Source: Spironucleus salmonicida
Lineage: Eukaryota
Length of the DNA: 33,199 nt
Assembly: GCF_000497125.1 (NCBI RefSeq)
Contig: NW_027150713.1
Coordinates: 1 to 33,199 of the forward strand
Direction of reading: 5' to 3'
Shown piece by piece: positions 8,006 to 23,755 of the stretch (its first letter is position 1; each line of letters opens with the position of its first letter). The notes beneath the pieces are model-generated. The model saw only the letters and a program-made list of their open reading frames with translations, did not search any database and was not told the DNA's origin. The translations under genes and the position numbers were made by a program.

Positions 8006-8518
8006 TATAATAATAGCATAATGCAAAACTATATTTTGAAAGTCTGCAAAAAGTATACTTATTTTTTCAGTATTGTATATATACTCCGCCACTATATTAA
8101 TATGTATTGTATTAAAATTTACACCAACTTATCATATGCATAAAAAGTAGCTACTTTATATATAAATCATATATAATAATAGCATAATGCAAAACTATAT
8201 TTTGAAAGTCTGCAAAAAGTATACTTATTTTTTCAGTATTGTATATATACTCCGCCACTATATTAATATGTATTGTATTAAAATTTACACCAACTTATCA
8301 TATGCATAAAAAGTAGCTATTTTATATATAAATCATATATAATAATAGCATAATGCAAAACTATATTTTGAAAGTCTGCAAAAAGTATACTTATTTTTTC
8401 AGTATTGTATATATACTCCGCCACTATATTAATATGTATTGTATTAAAATTTACACCAACTTATCATATGCATAAAAAGTAGCTACTTTATATATAAATC
8501 ATATATAATAATAGCATA
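8006..8518. repeat. Tandem repeat, 3.1 x 166 bp
   Basis: TATAATAATAGCATA starts at 8006, 8172, 8338 and 8504. Copies look identical except CTACTTT vs CTATTTT in copy 2. Confidence 0.95.
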
Positions 8519-9565
8519 CACTTTGAAATATGTGTATTATATTATTATATATTAATAATCATAACCTTATAATTTCAAATGAGGCATATAGGTAACCCGT
8601 AATTAGGATAAATATATAATTAACTATGTTATTATAACCTTATATATATATAAAGTACTAATAATATAGTTAATTATAACTATATTTAACATAATTATAG
8701 TATTCTTTAATGTGTGTATTAATTTTATTATTAATTCTTAAACAAACATTACGACGTGCCTCGCAACTCCGGGTGCAGTTTATAGTTGTTGGTATAAATA
8801 TAATTATCTATAGAAATTTGAACTTTTTCATCTTATGCCAGCAAACTTCATTTTTAGCTTCGAATTGAAAAGTAAAAAAGTAGGTTTTGGTGGCATAGAC
8901 GATATCACCATCCACTAGGTGGGTACATAATATTAGCATCATATGTATGATTAGAATTAAGCTTAAGATCCATTTTTGTCATCATAGCAATGTTAAATTA
9001 AATTCGAGATTTCAAAAAATTAGGCCATCCTAAAATTCAACTTTCAACAATCATTCCCCTATATGATCACGGTGATTAGGAATATTTAAATATATATATG
9101 GATGCTAATTGCTTTTTAGCATCTTTACATCCTATTATTGTATCAAATAATAGGAGTTAGTGTACATGAATCTAGTATATTTTATAATGTTACGTGCTTA
9201 ACATTTGCGTGCTCATATACTTCTATATCTCTTAATAGTTATTTTCATCACTTTGTGTCAATCATTTATCTAGTAATTTATTCATTTAATACCATGCAGT
9301 TTTATCTCCATTGAATAAGGAATGTAAAAATCGGAGAGATTACAAATATGTATATAATGATTATTATATATTTAAATTAATATATAATATTTTGAGATAA
9401 ATCAAAAATAAATTGCTTGCATTTGGAGTGTTAAAACTATATAAATTATTAATATCAATATATTCTAGTTATTATTTTTTTTACGTTTTATTGACGTACT
9501 AATTTATTGTAGTAGTATATCTTTTTATAAGTTTGTTGTTAAAATATAGATTATAAACATAAATC

Positions 9566-12500
9566 TATAATATTATGTTTTTTCCACTTTATTTTCTATT
9601 CCTTACTTAATATTATATAGTATATAATAACTTTTAGCTTTTGAAAACTACGAAACTATATATCTCCCACTTCTGCTGTTGTATACTTAAATCTTTTTAA
9701 GTATTATAGCCAATATATAGTATAATATAATTGTGTATAGTAGAAGTTTCCTACGTATGGGTAACGGCAATTATAAATTTTTAACGATGCCTCTGGGCTT
9801 AAGTCCAGATAATGGCATAATAGTTTGGCCGAAAGTTGAAATCCCAAAAAAGGTCAATTGTGAGTGGAGGCTCAGTTTCATTTTTAGCAAGACAGAACTG
9901 TCTGTTACAATAAAAATGAAACAATGAAAATTAATTTAACAAAAATAAAATAGAAAACGACCTTTTATCATCAGGTCGGCCAAAACTATTATCGATTAAA
10001 ATTTTTGAGTAGGAATTTTAAAAAAGTGATTTTTCAAACATTCACTAGGCGACTAGCAATTGAGGGTCCTTGTGTTAACACATTTTGGTGGTGCTAGATG
10101 ACTTCTCGGGATGACCTTGTGCGAAACATGATCTAGGTTTGTCAGAGAGATGAGAACCGACATAAATATTATATATTCTATATATCGACAATATATGCAT
10201 AAATTAGTTTTTTCTACGTATACAATTCTGCAAAAACTGAAATGTTGATATTTGTTGAGGTTACTAGTTTTTTAGTTTCTGTATTGTGAAAACAATACAA
10301 AATTTAATATAATATAAAAAATATACAAATATTTTTGTATAATATAAAATTAAGATTTAGATTTATGTATTAGTATTATATATATTACGAATATTAACGT
10401 TTTTCAATTTACTGTATATGTTAGTTTCTGGCAGAGATAGAAAAGGAAAAAATATAGTATATATATAATAGATATATATATTCTATATTGTATTTTAAAA
10501 GTACTTATTTTTCAAACGATTCGTCCAAAAAGGTCAAAAAATCATTATTTTGACACCTGTTGTGGAGTGGTACTTTTTGAAAAAAGGAGTTATGTAATTA
10601 TTATATAGGATTATGTTAAACTTATTTTTTTCAAATTTTCACACACTTTGTTATGGTGTAGTATTATGCAATTTTTCTATTGTTTAAAGTGGTGAAAAAA
10701 ATAATATATATATATTATAGGTATATTTTTTTGGTTTATAATATTGGAAAGATTTGTATTTTATATTAGTTTTGTACATAATTACATCAAAATTATACAT
10801 ACAAAATTACTATAAAATTCAGTTTCTACAGTTTCTATAGATTATTCAATATACAGACATATTATATTTACATATATATTAATAAATGTATTTTAAAGTA
10901 CTCAAATTTATCAAACAAACCCATCAACACTATCACAAAACTCACTATAAAATTTTATTAAAATTTTAAAGCCTATACTTGTATGGTTAAAATAAAACTT
11001 TTGTATTTTAAAAGTATATATATATAATAATATGTTTTAGAGTGGCAATATTTTTAGTATATTCTGGTATATAATATTATGTTTTTTCCACTTTATTTTC
11101 TATTCCTTACTTAATATTATATAGTATATAATAACTTTTAGCTTTTGAAAACTACGAAACTATATATCTCCCACTTCTGCTGTTGTATACTTAAATCTTT
11201 TTAAGTATTATAGCCAATATATAGTATAATATAATTGTGTATAGTAGAAGTTTCCTACGTATGGGTAACGGCAATTATAAATTTTTAACGATGCCTCTGG
11301 GCTTAAGTCCAGATAATGGCATAATAGTTTGGCCGAAAGTTGAAATCCCAAAAAAGGTCAATTGTGAGTGGAGGCTCAGTTTCATTTTTAGCAAGACAGA
11401 ACTGTCTGTTACAATAAAAATGAAACAATGAAAATTAATTTAACAAAAATAAAATAGAAAACGACCTTTTATCATCAGGTCGGCCAAAACTATTATCGAT
11501 TAAAATTTTTGAGTAGGAATTTTAAAAAAGTGATTTTTCAAACATTCACTAGGCGACTAGCAATTGAGGGTCCTTGTGTTAACACATTTTGGTGGTGCTA
11601 GATGACTTCTCGGGATGACCTTGTGCGAAACATGATCTAGGTTTGTCAGAGAGATGAGAACCGACATAAATATTATATATTCTATATATCGACAATATAT
11701 GCATAAATTAGTTTTTTCTACGTATACAATTCTGCAAAAACTGAAATGTTGATATTTGTTGAGGTTACTAGTTTTTTAGTTTCTGTATTGTGAAAACAAT
11801 ACAAAATTTAATATAATATAAAAAATATACAAATATTTTTGTATAATATAAAATTAAGATTTAGATTTATGTATTAGTATTATATATATTACGAATATTA
11901 ACGTTTTTCAATTTACTGTATATGTTAGTTTCTGGCAGAGATAGAAAAGGAAAAAATATAGTATATATATAATAGATATATATATTCTATATTGTATTTT
12001 AAAAGTACTTATTTTTCAAACGATTCGTCCAAAAAGGTCAAAAAATCATTATTTTGACACCTGTTGTGGAGTGGTACTTTTTGAAAAAAGGAGTTATGTA
12101 ATTATTATATAGGATTATGTTAAACTTATTTTTTTCAAATTTTCACACACTTTGTTATGGTGTAGTATTATGCAATTTTTCTATTGTTTAAAGTGGTGAA
12201 AAAAATAATATATATATATTATAGGTATATTTTTTTGGTTTATAATATTGGAAAGATTTGTATTTTATATTAGTTTTGTACATAATTACATCAAAATTAT
12301 ACATACAAAATTACTATAAAATTCAGTTTCTACAGTTTCTATAGATTATTCAATATACAGACATATTATATTTACATATATATTAATAAATGTATTTTAA
12401 AGTACTCAAATTTATCAAACAAACCCATCAACACTATCACAAAACTCACTATAAAATTTTATTAAAATTTTAAAGCCTATACTTGTATGGTTAAAATAAA

Positions 12501-15500
12501 ACTTTTGTATTTTAAAAGTATATATATATAATAATATGTTTTAGAGTGGCAATATTTTTAGTATATTCTGGTATATAATATTATGTTTTTTCCACTTTAT
12601 TTTCTATTCCTTACTTAATATTATATAGTATATAATAACTTTTAGCTTTTGAAAACTACGAAACTATATATCTCCCACTTCTGCTGTTGTATACTTAAAT
12701 CTTTTTAAGTATTATAGCCAATATATAGTATAATATAATTGTGTATAGTAGAAGTTTCCTACGTATGGGTAACGGCAATTATAAATTTTTAACGATGCCT
12801 CTGGGCTTAAGTCCAGATAATGGCATAATAGTTTGGCCGAAAGTTGAAATCCCAAAAAAGGTCAATTGTGAGTGGAGGCTCAGTTTCATTTTTAGCAAGA
12901 CAGAACTGTCTGTTACAATAAAAATGAAACAATGAAAATTAATTTAACAAAAATAAAATAGAAAACGACCTTTTATCATCAGGTCGGCCAAAACTATTAT
13001 CGATTAAAATTTTTGAGTAGGAATTTTAAAAAAGTGATTTTTCAAACATTCACTAGGCGACTAGCAATTGAGGGTCCTTGTGTTAACACATTTTGGTGGT
13101 GCTAGATGACTTCTCGGGATGACCTTGTGCGAAACATGATCTAGGTTTGTCAGAGAGATGAGAACCGACATAAATATTATATATTCTATATATCGACAAT
13201 ATATGCATAAATTAGTTTTTTCTACGTATACAATTCTGCAAAAACTGAAATGTTGATATTTGTTGAGGTTACTAGTTTTTTAGTTTCTGTATTGTGAAAA
13301 CAATACAAAATTTAATATAATATAAAAAATATACAAATATTTTTGTATAATATAAAATTAAGATTTAGATTTATGTATTAGTATTATATATATTACGAAT
13401 ATTAACGTTTTTCAATTTACTGTATATGTTAGTTTCTGGCAGAGATAGAAAAGGAAAAAATATAGTATATATATAATAGATATATATATTCTATATTGTA
13501 TTTTAAAAGTACTTATTTTTCAAACGATTCGTCCAAAAAGGTCAAAAAATCATTATTTTGACACCTGTTGTGGAGTGGTACTTTTTGAAAAAAGGAGTTA
13601 TGTAATTATTATATAGGATTATGTTAAACTTATTTTTTTCAAATTTTCACACACTTTGTTATGGTGTAGTATTATGCAATTTTTCTATTGTTTAAAGTGG
13701 TGAAAAAAATAATATATATATATTATAGGTATATTTTTTTGGTTTATAATATTGGAAAGATTTGTATTTTATATTAGTTTTGTACATAATTACATCAAAA
13801 TTATACATACAAAATTACTATAAAATTCAGTTTCTACAGTTTCTATAGATTATTCAATATACAGACATATTATATTTACATATATATTAATAAATGTATT
13901 TTAAAGTACTCAAATTTATCAAACAAACCCATCAACACTATCACAAAACTCACTATAAAATTTTATTAAAATTTTAAAGCCTATACTTGTATGGTTAAAA
14001 TAAAACTTTTGTATTTTAAAAGTATATATATATAATAATATGTTTTAGAGTGGCAATATTTTTAGTATATTCTGGTATATAATATTATGTTTTTTCCACT
14101 TTATTTTCTATTCCTTACTTAATATTATATAGTATATAATAACTTTTAGCTTTTGAAAACTACGAAACTATATATCTCCCACTTCTGCTGTTGTATACTT
14201 AAATCTTTTTAAGTATTATAGCCAATATATAGTATAATATAATTGTGTATAGTAGAAGTTTCCTACGTATGGGTAACGGCAATTATAAATTTTTAACGAT
14301 GCCTCTGGGCTTAAGTCCAGATAATGGCATAATAGTTTGGCCGAAAGTTGAAATCCCAAAAAAGGGCAATTGTGAGTGGAGGCTCAGTTTCATTTTTAGC
14401 AAGACAGAACTGTCTGTTACAATAAAAATGAAACAATGAAAATTAATTTAACAAAAATAAAATAGAAAACGACCTTTTATCATCAGGTCGGCCAAAACTA
14501 TTATCGATTAAAATTTTTGAGTAGGAATTTTAAAAAAGTGATTTTTCAAACATTCACTAGGCGACTAGCAATTGAGGGTCCTTGTGTTAACACATTTTGG
14601 TGGTGCTAGATGACTTCTCGGGATGACCTTGTGCGAAACATGATCTAGGTTTGTCAGAGAGATGAGAACCGACATAAATATTATATATTCTATATATCGA
14701 CAATATATGCATAAATTAGTTTTTTCTACGTATACAATTCTGCAAAAACTGAAATGTTGATATTTGTTGAGGTTACTAGTTTTTTAGTTTCTGTATTGTG
14801 AAAACAATACAAAATTTAATATAATATAAAAAATATACAAATATTTTTGTATAATATAAAATTAAGATTTAGATTTATGTATTAGTATTATATATATTAC
14901 GAATATTAACGTTTTTCAATTTACTGTATATGTTAGTTTCTGGCAGAGATAGAAAAGGAAAAAATATAGTATATATATAATAGATATATATATTCTATAT
15001 TGTATTTTAAAAGTACTTATTTTTCAAACGATTCGTCCAAAAAGGTCAAAAAATCATTATTTTGACACCTGTTGTGGAGTGGTACTTTTTGAAAAAAGGA
15101 GTTATGTAATTATTATATAGGATTATGTTAAACTTATTTTTTTCAAATTTTCACACACTTTGTTATGGTGTAGTATTATGCAATTTTTCTATTGTTTAAA
15201 GTGGTGAAAAAAATAATATATATATATTATAGGTATATTTTTTTGGTTTATAATATTGGAAAGATTTGTATTTTATATTAGTTTTGTACATAATTACATC
15301 AAAATTATACATACAAAATTACTATAAAATTCAGTTTCTACAGTTTCTATAGATTATTCAATATACAGACATATTATATTTACATATATATTAATAAATG
15401 TATTTTAAAGTACTCAAATTTATCAAACAAACCCATCAACACTATCACAAAACTCACTATAAAATTTTATTAAAATTTTAAAGCCTATACTTGTATGGTT

Positions 15501-18500
15501 AAAATAAAACTTTTGTATTTTAAAAGTATATATATATAATAATATGTTTTAGAGTGGCAATATTTTTAGTATATTCTGGTATATAATATTATGTTTTTTC
15601 CACTTTATTTTCTATTCCTTACTTAATATTATATAGTATATAATAACTTTTAGCTTTTGAAAACTACGAAACTATATATCTCCCACTTCTGCTGTTGTAT
15701 ACTTAAATCTTTTTAAGTATTATAGCCAATATATAGTATAATATAATTGTGTATAGTAGAAGTTTCCTACGTATGGGTAACGGCAATTATAAATTTTTAA
15801 CGATGCCTCTGGGCTTAAGTCCAGATAATGGCATAATAGTTTGGCCGAAAGTTGAAATCCCAAAAAAGGGCAATTGTGAGTGGAGGCTCAGTTTCATTTT
15901 TAGCAAGACAGAACTGTCTGTTACAATAAAAATGAAACAATGAAAATTAATTTAACAAAAATAAAATAGAAAACGACCTTTTATCATCAGGTCGGCCAAA
16001 ACTATTATCGATTAAAATTTTTGAGTAGGAATTTTAAAAAAGTGATTTTTCAAACATTCACTAGGCGACTAGCAATTGAGGGTCCTTGTGTTAACACATT
16101 TTGGTGGTGCTAGATGACTTCTCGGGATGACCTTGTGCGAAACATGATCTAGGTTTGTCAGAGAGATGAGAACCGACATAAATATTATATATTCTATATA
16201 TCGACAATATATGCATAAATTAGTTTTTTCTACGTATACAATTCTGCAAAAACTGAAATGTTGATATTTGTTGAGGTTACTAGTTTTTTAGTTTCTGTAT
16301 TGTGAAAACAATACAAAATTTAATATAATATAAAAAATATACAAATATTTTTGTATAATATAAAATTAAGATTTAGATTTATGTATTAGTATTATATATA
16401 TTACGAATATTAACGTTTTTCAATTTACTGTATATGTTAGTTTCTGGCAGAGATAGAAAAGGAAAAAATATAGTATATATATAATAGATATATATATTCT
16501 ATATTGTATTTTAAAAGTACTTATTTTTCAAACGATTCGTCCAAAAAGGTCAAAAAATCATTATTTTGACACCTGTTGTGGAGTGGTACTTTTTGAAAAA
16601 AGGAGTTATGTAATTATTATATAGGATTATGTTAAACTTATTTTTTTCAAATTTTCACACACTTTGTTATGGTGTAGTATTATGCAATTTTTCTATTGTT
16701 TAAAGTGGTGAAAAAAATAATATATATATATTATAGGTATATTTTTTTGGTTTATAATATTGGAAAGATTTGTATTTTATATTAGTTTTGTACATAATTA
16801 CATCAAAATTATACATACAAAATTACTATAAAATTCAGTTTCTACAGTTTCTATAGATTATTCAATATACAGACATATTATATTTACATATATATTAATA
16901 AATGTATTTTAAAGTACTCAAATTTATCAAACAAACCCATCAACACTATCACAAAACTCACTATAAAATTTTATTAAAATTTTAAAGCCTATACTTGTAT
17001 GGTTAAAATAAAACTTTTGTATTTTAAAAGTATATATATATAATAATATGTTTTAGAGTGGCAATATTTTTAGTATATTCTGGTATATAATATTATGTTT
17101 TTTCCACTTTATTTTCTATTCCTTACTTAATATTATATAGTATATAATAACTTTTAGCTTTTGAAAACTACGAAACTATATATCTCCCACTTCTGCTGTT
17201 GTATACTTAAATCTTTTTAAGTATTATAGCCAATATATAGTATAATATAATTGTGTATAGTAGAAGTTTCCTACGTATGGGTAACGGCAATTATAAATTT
17301 TTAACGATGCCTCTGGGCTTAAGTCCAGATAATGGCATAATAGTTTGGCCGAAAGTTGAAATCCCAAAAAAGGGCAATTGTGAGTGGAGGCTCAGTTTCA
17401 TTTTTAGCAAGACAGAACTGTCTGTTACAATAAAAATGAAACAATGAAAATTAATTTAACAAAAATAAAATAGAAAACGACCTTTTATCATCAGGTCGGC
17501 CAAAACTATTATCGATTAAAATTTTTGAGTAGGAATTTTAAAAAAGTGATTTTTCAAACATTCACTAGGCGACTAGCAATTGAGGGTCCTTGTGTTAACA
17601 CATTTTGGTGGTGCTAGATGACTTCTCGGGATGACCTTGTGCGAAACATGATCTAGGTTTGTCAGAGAGATGAGAACCGACATAAATATTATATATTCTA
17701 TATATCGACAATATATGCATAAATTAGTTTTTTCTACGTATACAATTCTGCAAAAACTGAAATGTTGATATTTGTTGAGGTTACTAGTTTTTTAGTTTCT
17801 GTATTGTGAAAACAATACAAAATTTAATATAATATAAAAAATATACAAATATTTTTGTATAATATAAAATTAAGATTTAGATTTATGTATTAGTATTATA
17901 TATATTACGAATATTAACGTTTTTCAATTTACTGTATATGTTAGTTTCTGGCAGAGATAGAAAAGGAAAAAATATAGTATATATATAATAGATATATATA
18001 TTCTATATTGTATTTTAAAAGTACTTATTTTTCAAACGATTCGTCCAAAAAGGTCAAAAAATCATTATTTTGACACCTGTTGTGGAGTGGTACTTTTTGA
18101 AAAAAGGAGTTATGTAATTATTATATAGGATTATGTTAAACTTATTTTTTTCAAATTTTCACACACTTTGTTATGGTGTAGTATTATGCAATTTTTCTAT
18201 TGTTTAAAGTGGTGAAAAAAATAATATATATATATTATAGGTATATTTTTTTGGTTTATAATATTGGAAAGATTTGTATTTTATATTAGTTTTGTACATA
18301 ATTACATCAAAATTATACATACAAAATTACTATAAAATTCAGTTTCTACAGTTTCTATAGATTATTCAATATACAGACATATTATATTTACATATATATT
18401 AATAAATGTATTTTAAAGTACTCAAATTTATCAAACAAACCCATCAACACTATCACAAAACTCACTATAAAATTTTATTAAAATTTTAAAGCCTATACTT

Positions 18501-21500
18501 GTATGGTTAAAATAAAACTTTTGTATTTTAAAAGTATATATATATAATAATATGTTTTAGAGTGGCAATATTTTTAGTATATTCTGGTATATAATATTAT
18601 GTTTTTTCCACTTTATTTTCTATTCCTTACTTAATATTATATAGTATATAATAACTTTTAGCTTTTGAAAACTACGAAACTATATATCTCCCACTTCTGC
18701 TGTTGTATACTTAAATCTTTTTAAGTATTATAGCCAATATATAGTATAATATAATTGTGTATAGTAGAAGTTTCCTACGTATGGGTAACGGCAATTATAA
18801 ATTTTTAACGATGCCTCTGGGCTTAAGTCCAGATAATGGCATAATAGTTTGGCCGAAAGTTGAAATCCCAAAAAAGGTCAATTGTGAGTGGAGGCTCAGT
18901 TTCATTTTTAGCAAGACAGAACTGTCTGTTACAATAAAAATGAAACAATGAAAATTAATTTAACAAAAATAAAATAGAAAACGACCTTTTATCATCAGGT
19001 CGGCCAAAACTATTATCGATTAAAATTTTTGAGTAGGAATTTTAAAAAAGTGATTTTTCAAACATTCACTAGGCGACTAGCAATTGAGGGTCCTTGTGTT
19101 AACACATTTTGGTGGTGCTAGATGACTTCTCGGGATGACCTTGTGCGAAACATGATCTAGGTTTGTCAGAGAGATGAGAACCGACATAAATATTATATAT
19201 TCTATATATCGACAATATATGCATAAATTAGTTTTTTCTACGTATACAATTCTGCAAAAACTGAAATGTTGATATTTGTTGAGGTTACTAGTTTTTTAGT
19301 TTCTGTATTGTGAAAACAATACAAAATTTAATATAATATAAAAAATATACAAATATTTTTGTATAATATAAAATTAAGATTTAGATTTATGTATTAGTAT
19401 TATATATATTACGAATATTAACGTTTTTCAATTTACTGTATATGTTAGTTTCTGGCAGAGATAGAAAAGGAAAAAATATAGTATATATATAATAGATATA
19501 TATATTCTATATTGTATTTTAAAAGTACTTATTTTTCAAACGATTCGTCCAAAAAGGTCAAAAAATCATTATTTTGACACCTGTTGTGGAGTGGTACTTT
19601 TTGAAAAAAGGAGTTATGTAATTATTATATAGGATTATGTTAAACTTATTTTTTTCAAATTTTCACACACTTTGTTATGGTGTAGTATTATGCAATTTTT
19701 CTATTGTTTAAAGTGGTGAAAAAAATAATATATATATATTATAGGTATATTTTTTTGGTTTATAATATTGGAAAGATTTGTATTTTATATTAGTTTTGTA
19801 CATAATTACATCAAAATTATACATACAAAATTACTATAAAATTCAGTTTCTACAGTTTCTATAGATTATTCAATATACAGACATATTATATTTACATATA
19901 TATTAATAAATGTATTTTAAAGTACTCAAATTTATCAAACAAACCCATCAACACTATCACAAAACTCACTATAAAATTTTATTAAAATTTTAAAGCCTAT
20001 ACTTGTATGGTTAAAATAAAACTTTTGTATTTTAAAAGTATATATATATAATAATATGTTTTAGAGTGGCAATATTTTTAGTATATTCTGGTATATAATA
20101 TTATGTTTTTTCCACTTTATTTTCTATTCCTTACTTAATATTATATAGTATATAATAACTTTTAGCTTTTGAAAACTACGAAACTATATATCTCCCACTT
20201 CTGCTGTTGTATACTTAAATCTTTTTAAGTATTATAGCCAATATATAGTATAATATAATTGTGTATAGTAGAAGTTTCCTACGTATGGGTAACGGCAATT
20301 ATAAATTTTTAACGATGCCTCTGGGCTTAAGTCCAGATAATGGCATAATAGTTTGGCCGAAAGTTGAAATCCCAAAAAAGGGCAATTGTGAGTGGAGGCT
20401 CAGTTTCATTTTTAGCAAGACAGAACTGTCTGTTACAATAAAAATGAAACAATGAAAATTAATTTAACAAAAATAAAATAGAAAACGACCTTTTATCATC
20501 AGGTCGGCCAAAACTATTATCGATTAAAATTTTTGAGTAGGAATTTTAAAAAAGTGATTTTTCAAACATTCACTAGGCGACTAGCAATTGAGGGTCCTTG
20601 TGTTAACACATTTTGGTGGTGCTAGATGACTTCTCGGGATGACCTTGTGCGAAACATGATCTAGGTTTGTCAGAGAGATGAGAACCGACATAAATATTAT
20701 ATATTCTATATATCGACAATATATGCATAAATTAGTTTTTTCTACGTATACAATTCTGCAAAAACTGAAATGTTGATATTTGTTGAGGTTACTAGTTTTT
20801 TAGTTTCTGTATTGTGAAAACAATACAAAATTTAATATAATATAAAAAATATACAAATATTTTTGTATAATATAAAATTAAGATTTAGATTTATGTATTA
20901 GTATTATATATATTACGAATATTAACGTTTTTCAATTTACTGTATATGTTAGTTTCTGGCAGAGATAGAAAAGGAAAAAATATAGTATATATATAATAGA
21001 TATATATATTCTATATTGTATTTTAAAAGTACTTATTTTTCAAACGATTCGTCCAAAAAGGTCAAAAAATCATTATTTTGACACCTGTTGTGGAGTGGTA
21101 CTTTTTGAAAAAAGGAGTTATGTAATTATTATATAGGATTATGTTAAACTTATTTTTTTCAAATTTTCACACACTTTGTTATGGTGTAGTATTATGCAAT
21201 TTTTCTATTGTTTAAAGTGGTGAAAAAAATAATATATATATATTATAGGTATATTTTTTTGGTTTATAATATTGGAAAGATTTGTATTTTATATTAGTTT
21301 TGTACATAATTACATCAAAATTATACATACAAAATTACTATAAAATTCAGTTTCTACAGTTTCTATAGATTATTCAATATACAGACATATTATATTTACA
21401 TATATATTAATAAATGTATTTTAAAGTACTCAAATTTATCAAACAAACCCATCAACACTATCACAAAACTCACTATAAAATTTTATTAAAATTTTAAAGC

Positions 21501-22999
21501 CTATACTTGTATGGTTAAAATAAAACTTTTGTATTTTAAAAGTATATATATATAATAATATGTTTTAGAGTGGCAATATTTTTAGTATATTCTGGTATAT
21601 AATATTATGTTTTTTCCACTTTATTTTCTATTCCTTACTTAATATTATATAGTATATAATAACTTTTAGCTTTTGAAAACTACGAAACTATATATCTCCC
21701 ACTTCTGCTGTTGTATACTTAAATCTTTTTAAGTATTATAGCCAATATATAGTATAATATAATTGTGTATAGTAGAAGTTTCCTACGTATGGGTAACGGC
21801 AATTATAAATTTTTAACGATGCCTCTGGGCTTAAGTCCAGATAATGGCATAATAGTTTGGCCGAAAGTTGAAATCCCAAAAAAGGGCAATTGTGAGTGGA
21901 GGCTCAGTTTCATTTTTAGCAAGACAGAACTGTCTGTTACAATAAAAATGAAACAATGAAAATTAATTTAACAAAAATAAAATAGAAAACGACCTTTTAT
22001 CATCAGGTCGGCCAAAACTATTATCGATTAAAATTTTTGAGTAGGAATTTTAAAAAAGTGATTTTTCAAACATTCACTAGGCGACTAGCAATTGAGGGTC
22101 CTTGTGTTAACACATTTTGGTGGTGCTAGATGACTTCTCGGGATGACCTTGTGCGAAACATGATCTAGGTTTGTCAGAGAGATGAGAACCGACATAAATA
22201 TTATATATTCTATATATCGACAATATATGCATAAATTAGTTTTTTCTACGTATACAATTCTGCAAAAACTGAAATGTTGATATTTGTTGAGGTTACTAGT
22301 TTTTTAGTTTCTGTATTGTGAAAACAATACAAAATTTAATATAATATAAAAAATATACAAATATTTTTGTATAATATAAAATTAAGATTTAGATTTATGT
22401 ATTAGTATTATATATATTACGAATATTAACGTTTTTCAATTTACTGTATATGTTAGTTTCTGGCAGAGATAGAAAAGGAAAAAATATAGTATATATATAA
22501 TAGATATATATATTCTATATTGTATTTTAAAAGTACTTATTTTTCAAACGATTCGTCCAAAAAGGTCAAAAAATCATTATTTTGACACCTGTTGTGGAGT
22601 GGTACTTTTTGAAAAAAGGAGTTATGTAATTATTATATAGGATTATGTTAAACTTATTTTTTTCAAATTTTCACACACTTTGTTATGGTGTAGTATTATG
22701 CAATTTTTCTATTGTTTAAAGTGGTGAAAAAAATAATATATATATATTATAGGTATATTTTTTTGGTTTATAATATTGGAAAGATTTGTATTTTATATTA
22801 GTTTTGTACATAATTACATCAAAATTATACATACAAAATTACTATAAAATTCAGTTTCTACAGTTTCTATAGATTATTCAATATACAGACATATTATATT
22901 TACATATATATTAATAAATGTATTTTAAAGTACTCAAATTTATCAAACAAACCCATCAACACTATCACAAAACTCACTATAAAATTTTATTAAAATTTT
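9566..22999. repeat. Tandem array, about 8.9 x 1504 bp (subtelomeric macrosatellite)
   Basis: Units start at 9566, 11070, 12574, 14078, 15582, 17086, 18590, 20094 and 21598, and the ORF track repeats with exact 1504 spacing. The only difference I noticed between copies is a T/G at unit position equivalent to 9854. Confidence 0.97.
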
Positions 23000-23755
23000 T
23001 TAACCCTTGTTTGAAGCTTATTATTAAAAATATCAAATAAAATTATTTTTAATATATATTATTATATGTTTTAAAATAAAATATTTACAATTAATTATTC
23101 TAGTTTCTTCTATAATTTGTGTGGCAATAATATATATATCTAAAATATACAATTATTTTCCTTTTTTAAGAGAGTATAATTTATTGAATATTACTATTAT
23201 ATTTGTATATTATATTAGTTGTTATAAGTTTTCCTTTTCTTTTTTACATTAATATAATTATAATTATATAAAATTAATAATTTTAAAATGGGTAATGATA
23301 ATAAAAATTAAAATGATCAAAAAAGTAAAGGAAATGGAAATTTATATTATTATATAATGAATATAATTTTATTAAAAAAAATAATGATCTATTCAGAGTT
23401 GAACCCAGTATTAGTAAAATTAAAAAAAATCGCTTATAACATCTAAACAAAAATTATTATTTATAGATTTTTGGAGTGGAAATATTTTTAAGAATTTAAA
23501 TAAATGGATATTATTATTATATATATTTAGATATACCATGGAAAGAAGAAATATTACGTATAATAAACAATAATATTAACAAATCAATTTATCGTAAAAA
23601 TGGATAATTAATAATTTCATATATATAAAATAGTACTAAAAATAGTCTCTAGAATATATTATATATAAAACTTTTTCTACCAGAAAAAGGAAGTATTGTA
23701 TAATACAATATAAAAATTATAATCCTATTTTTTTTTATAATTGAAAAATAATATG

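Noticed and set aside
9733-9927. 64-aa ORF repeated nine times
   Set aside because: It is short, starts at GTG and has no recognisable motif. Its recurrence simply reflects the 1504-bp DNA repeat.
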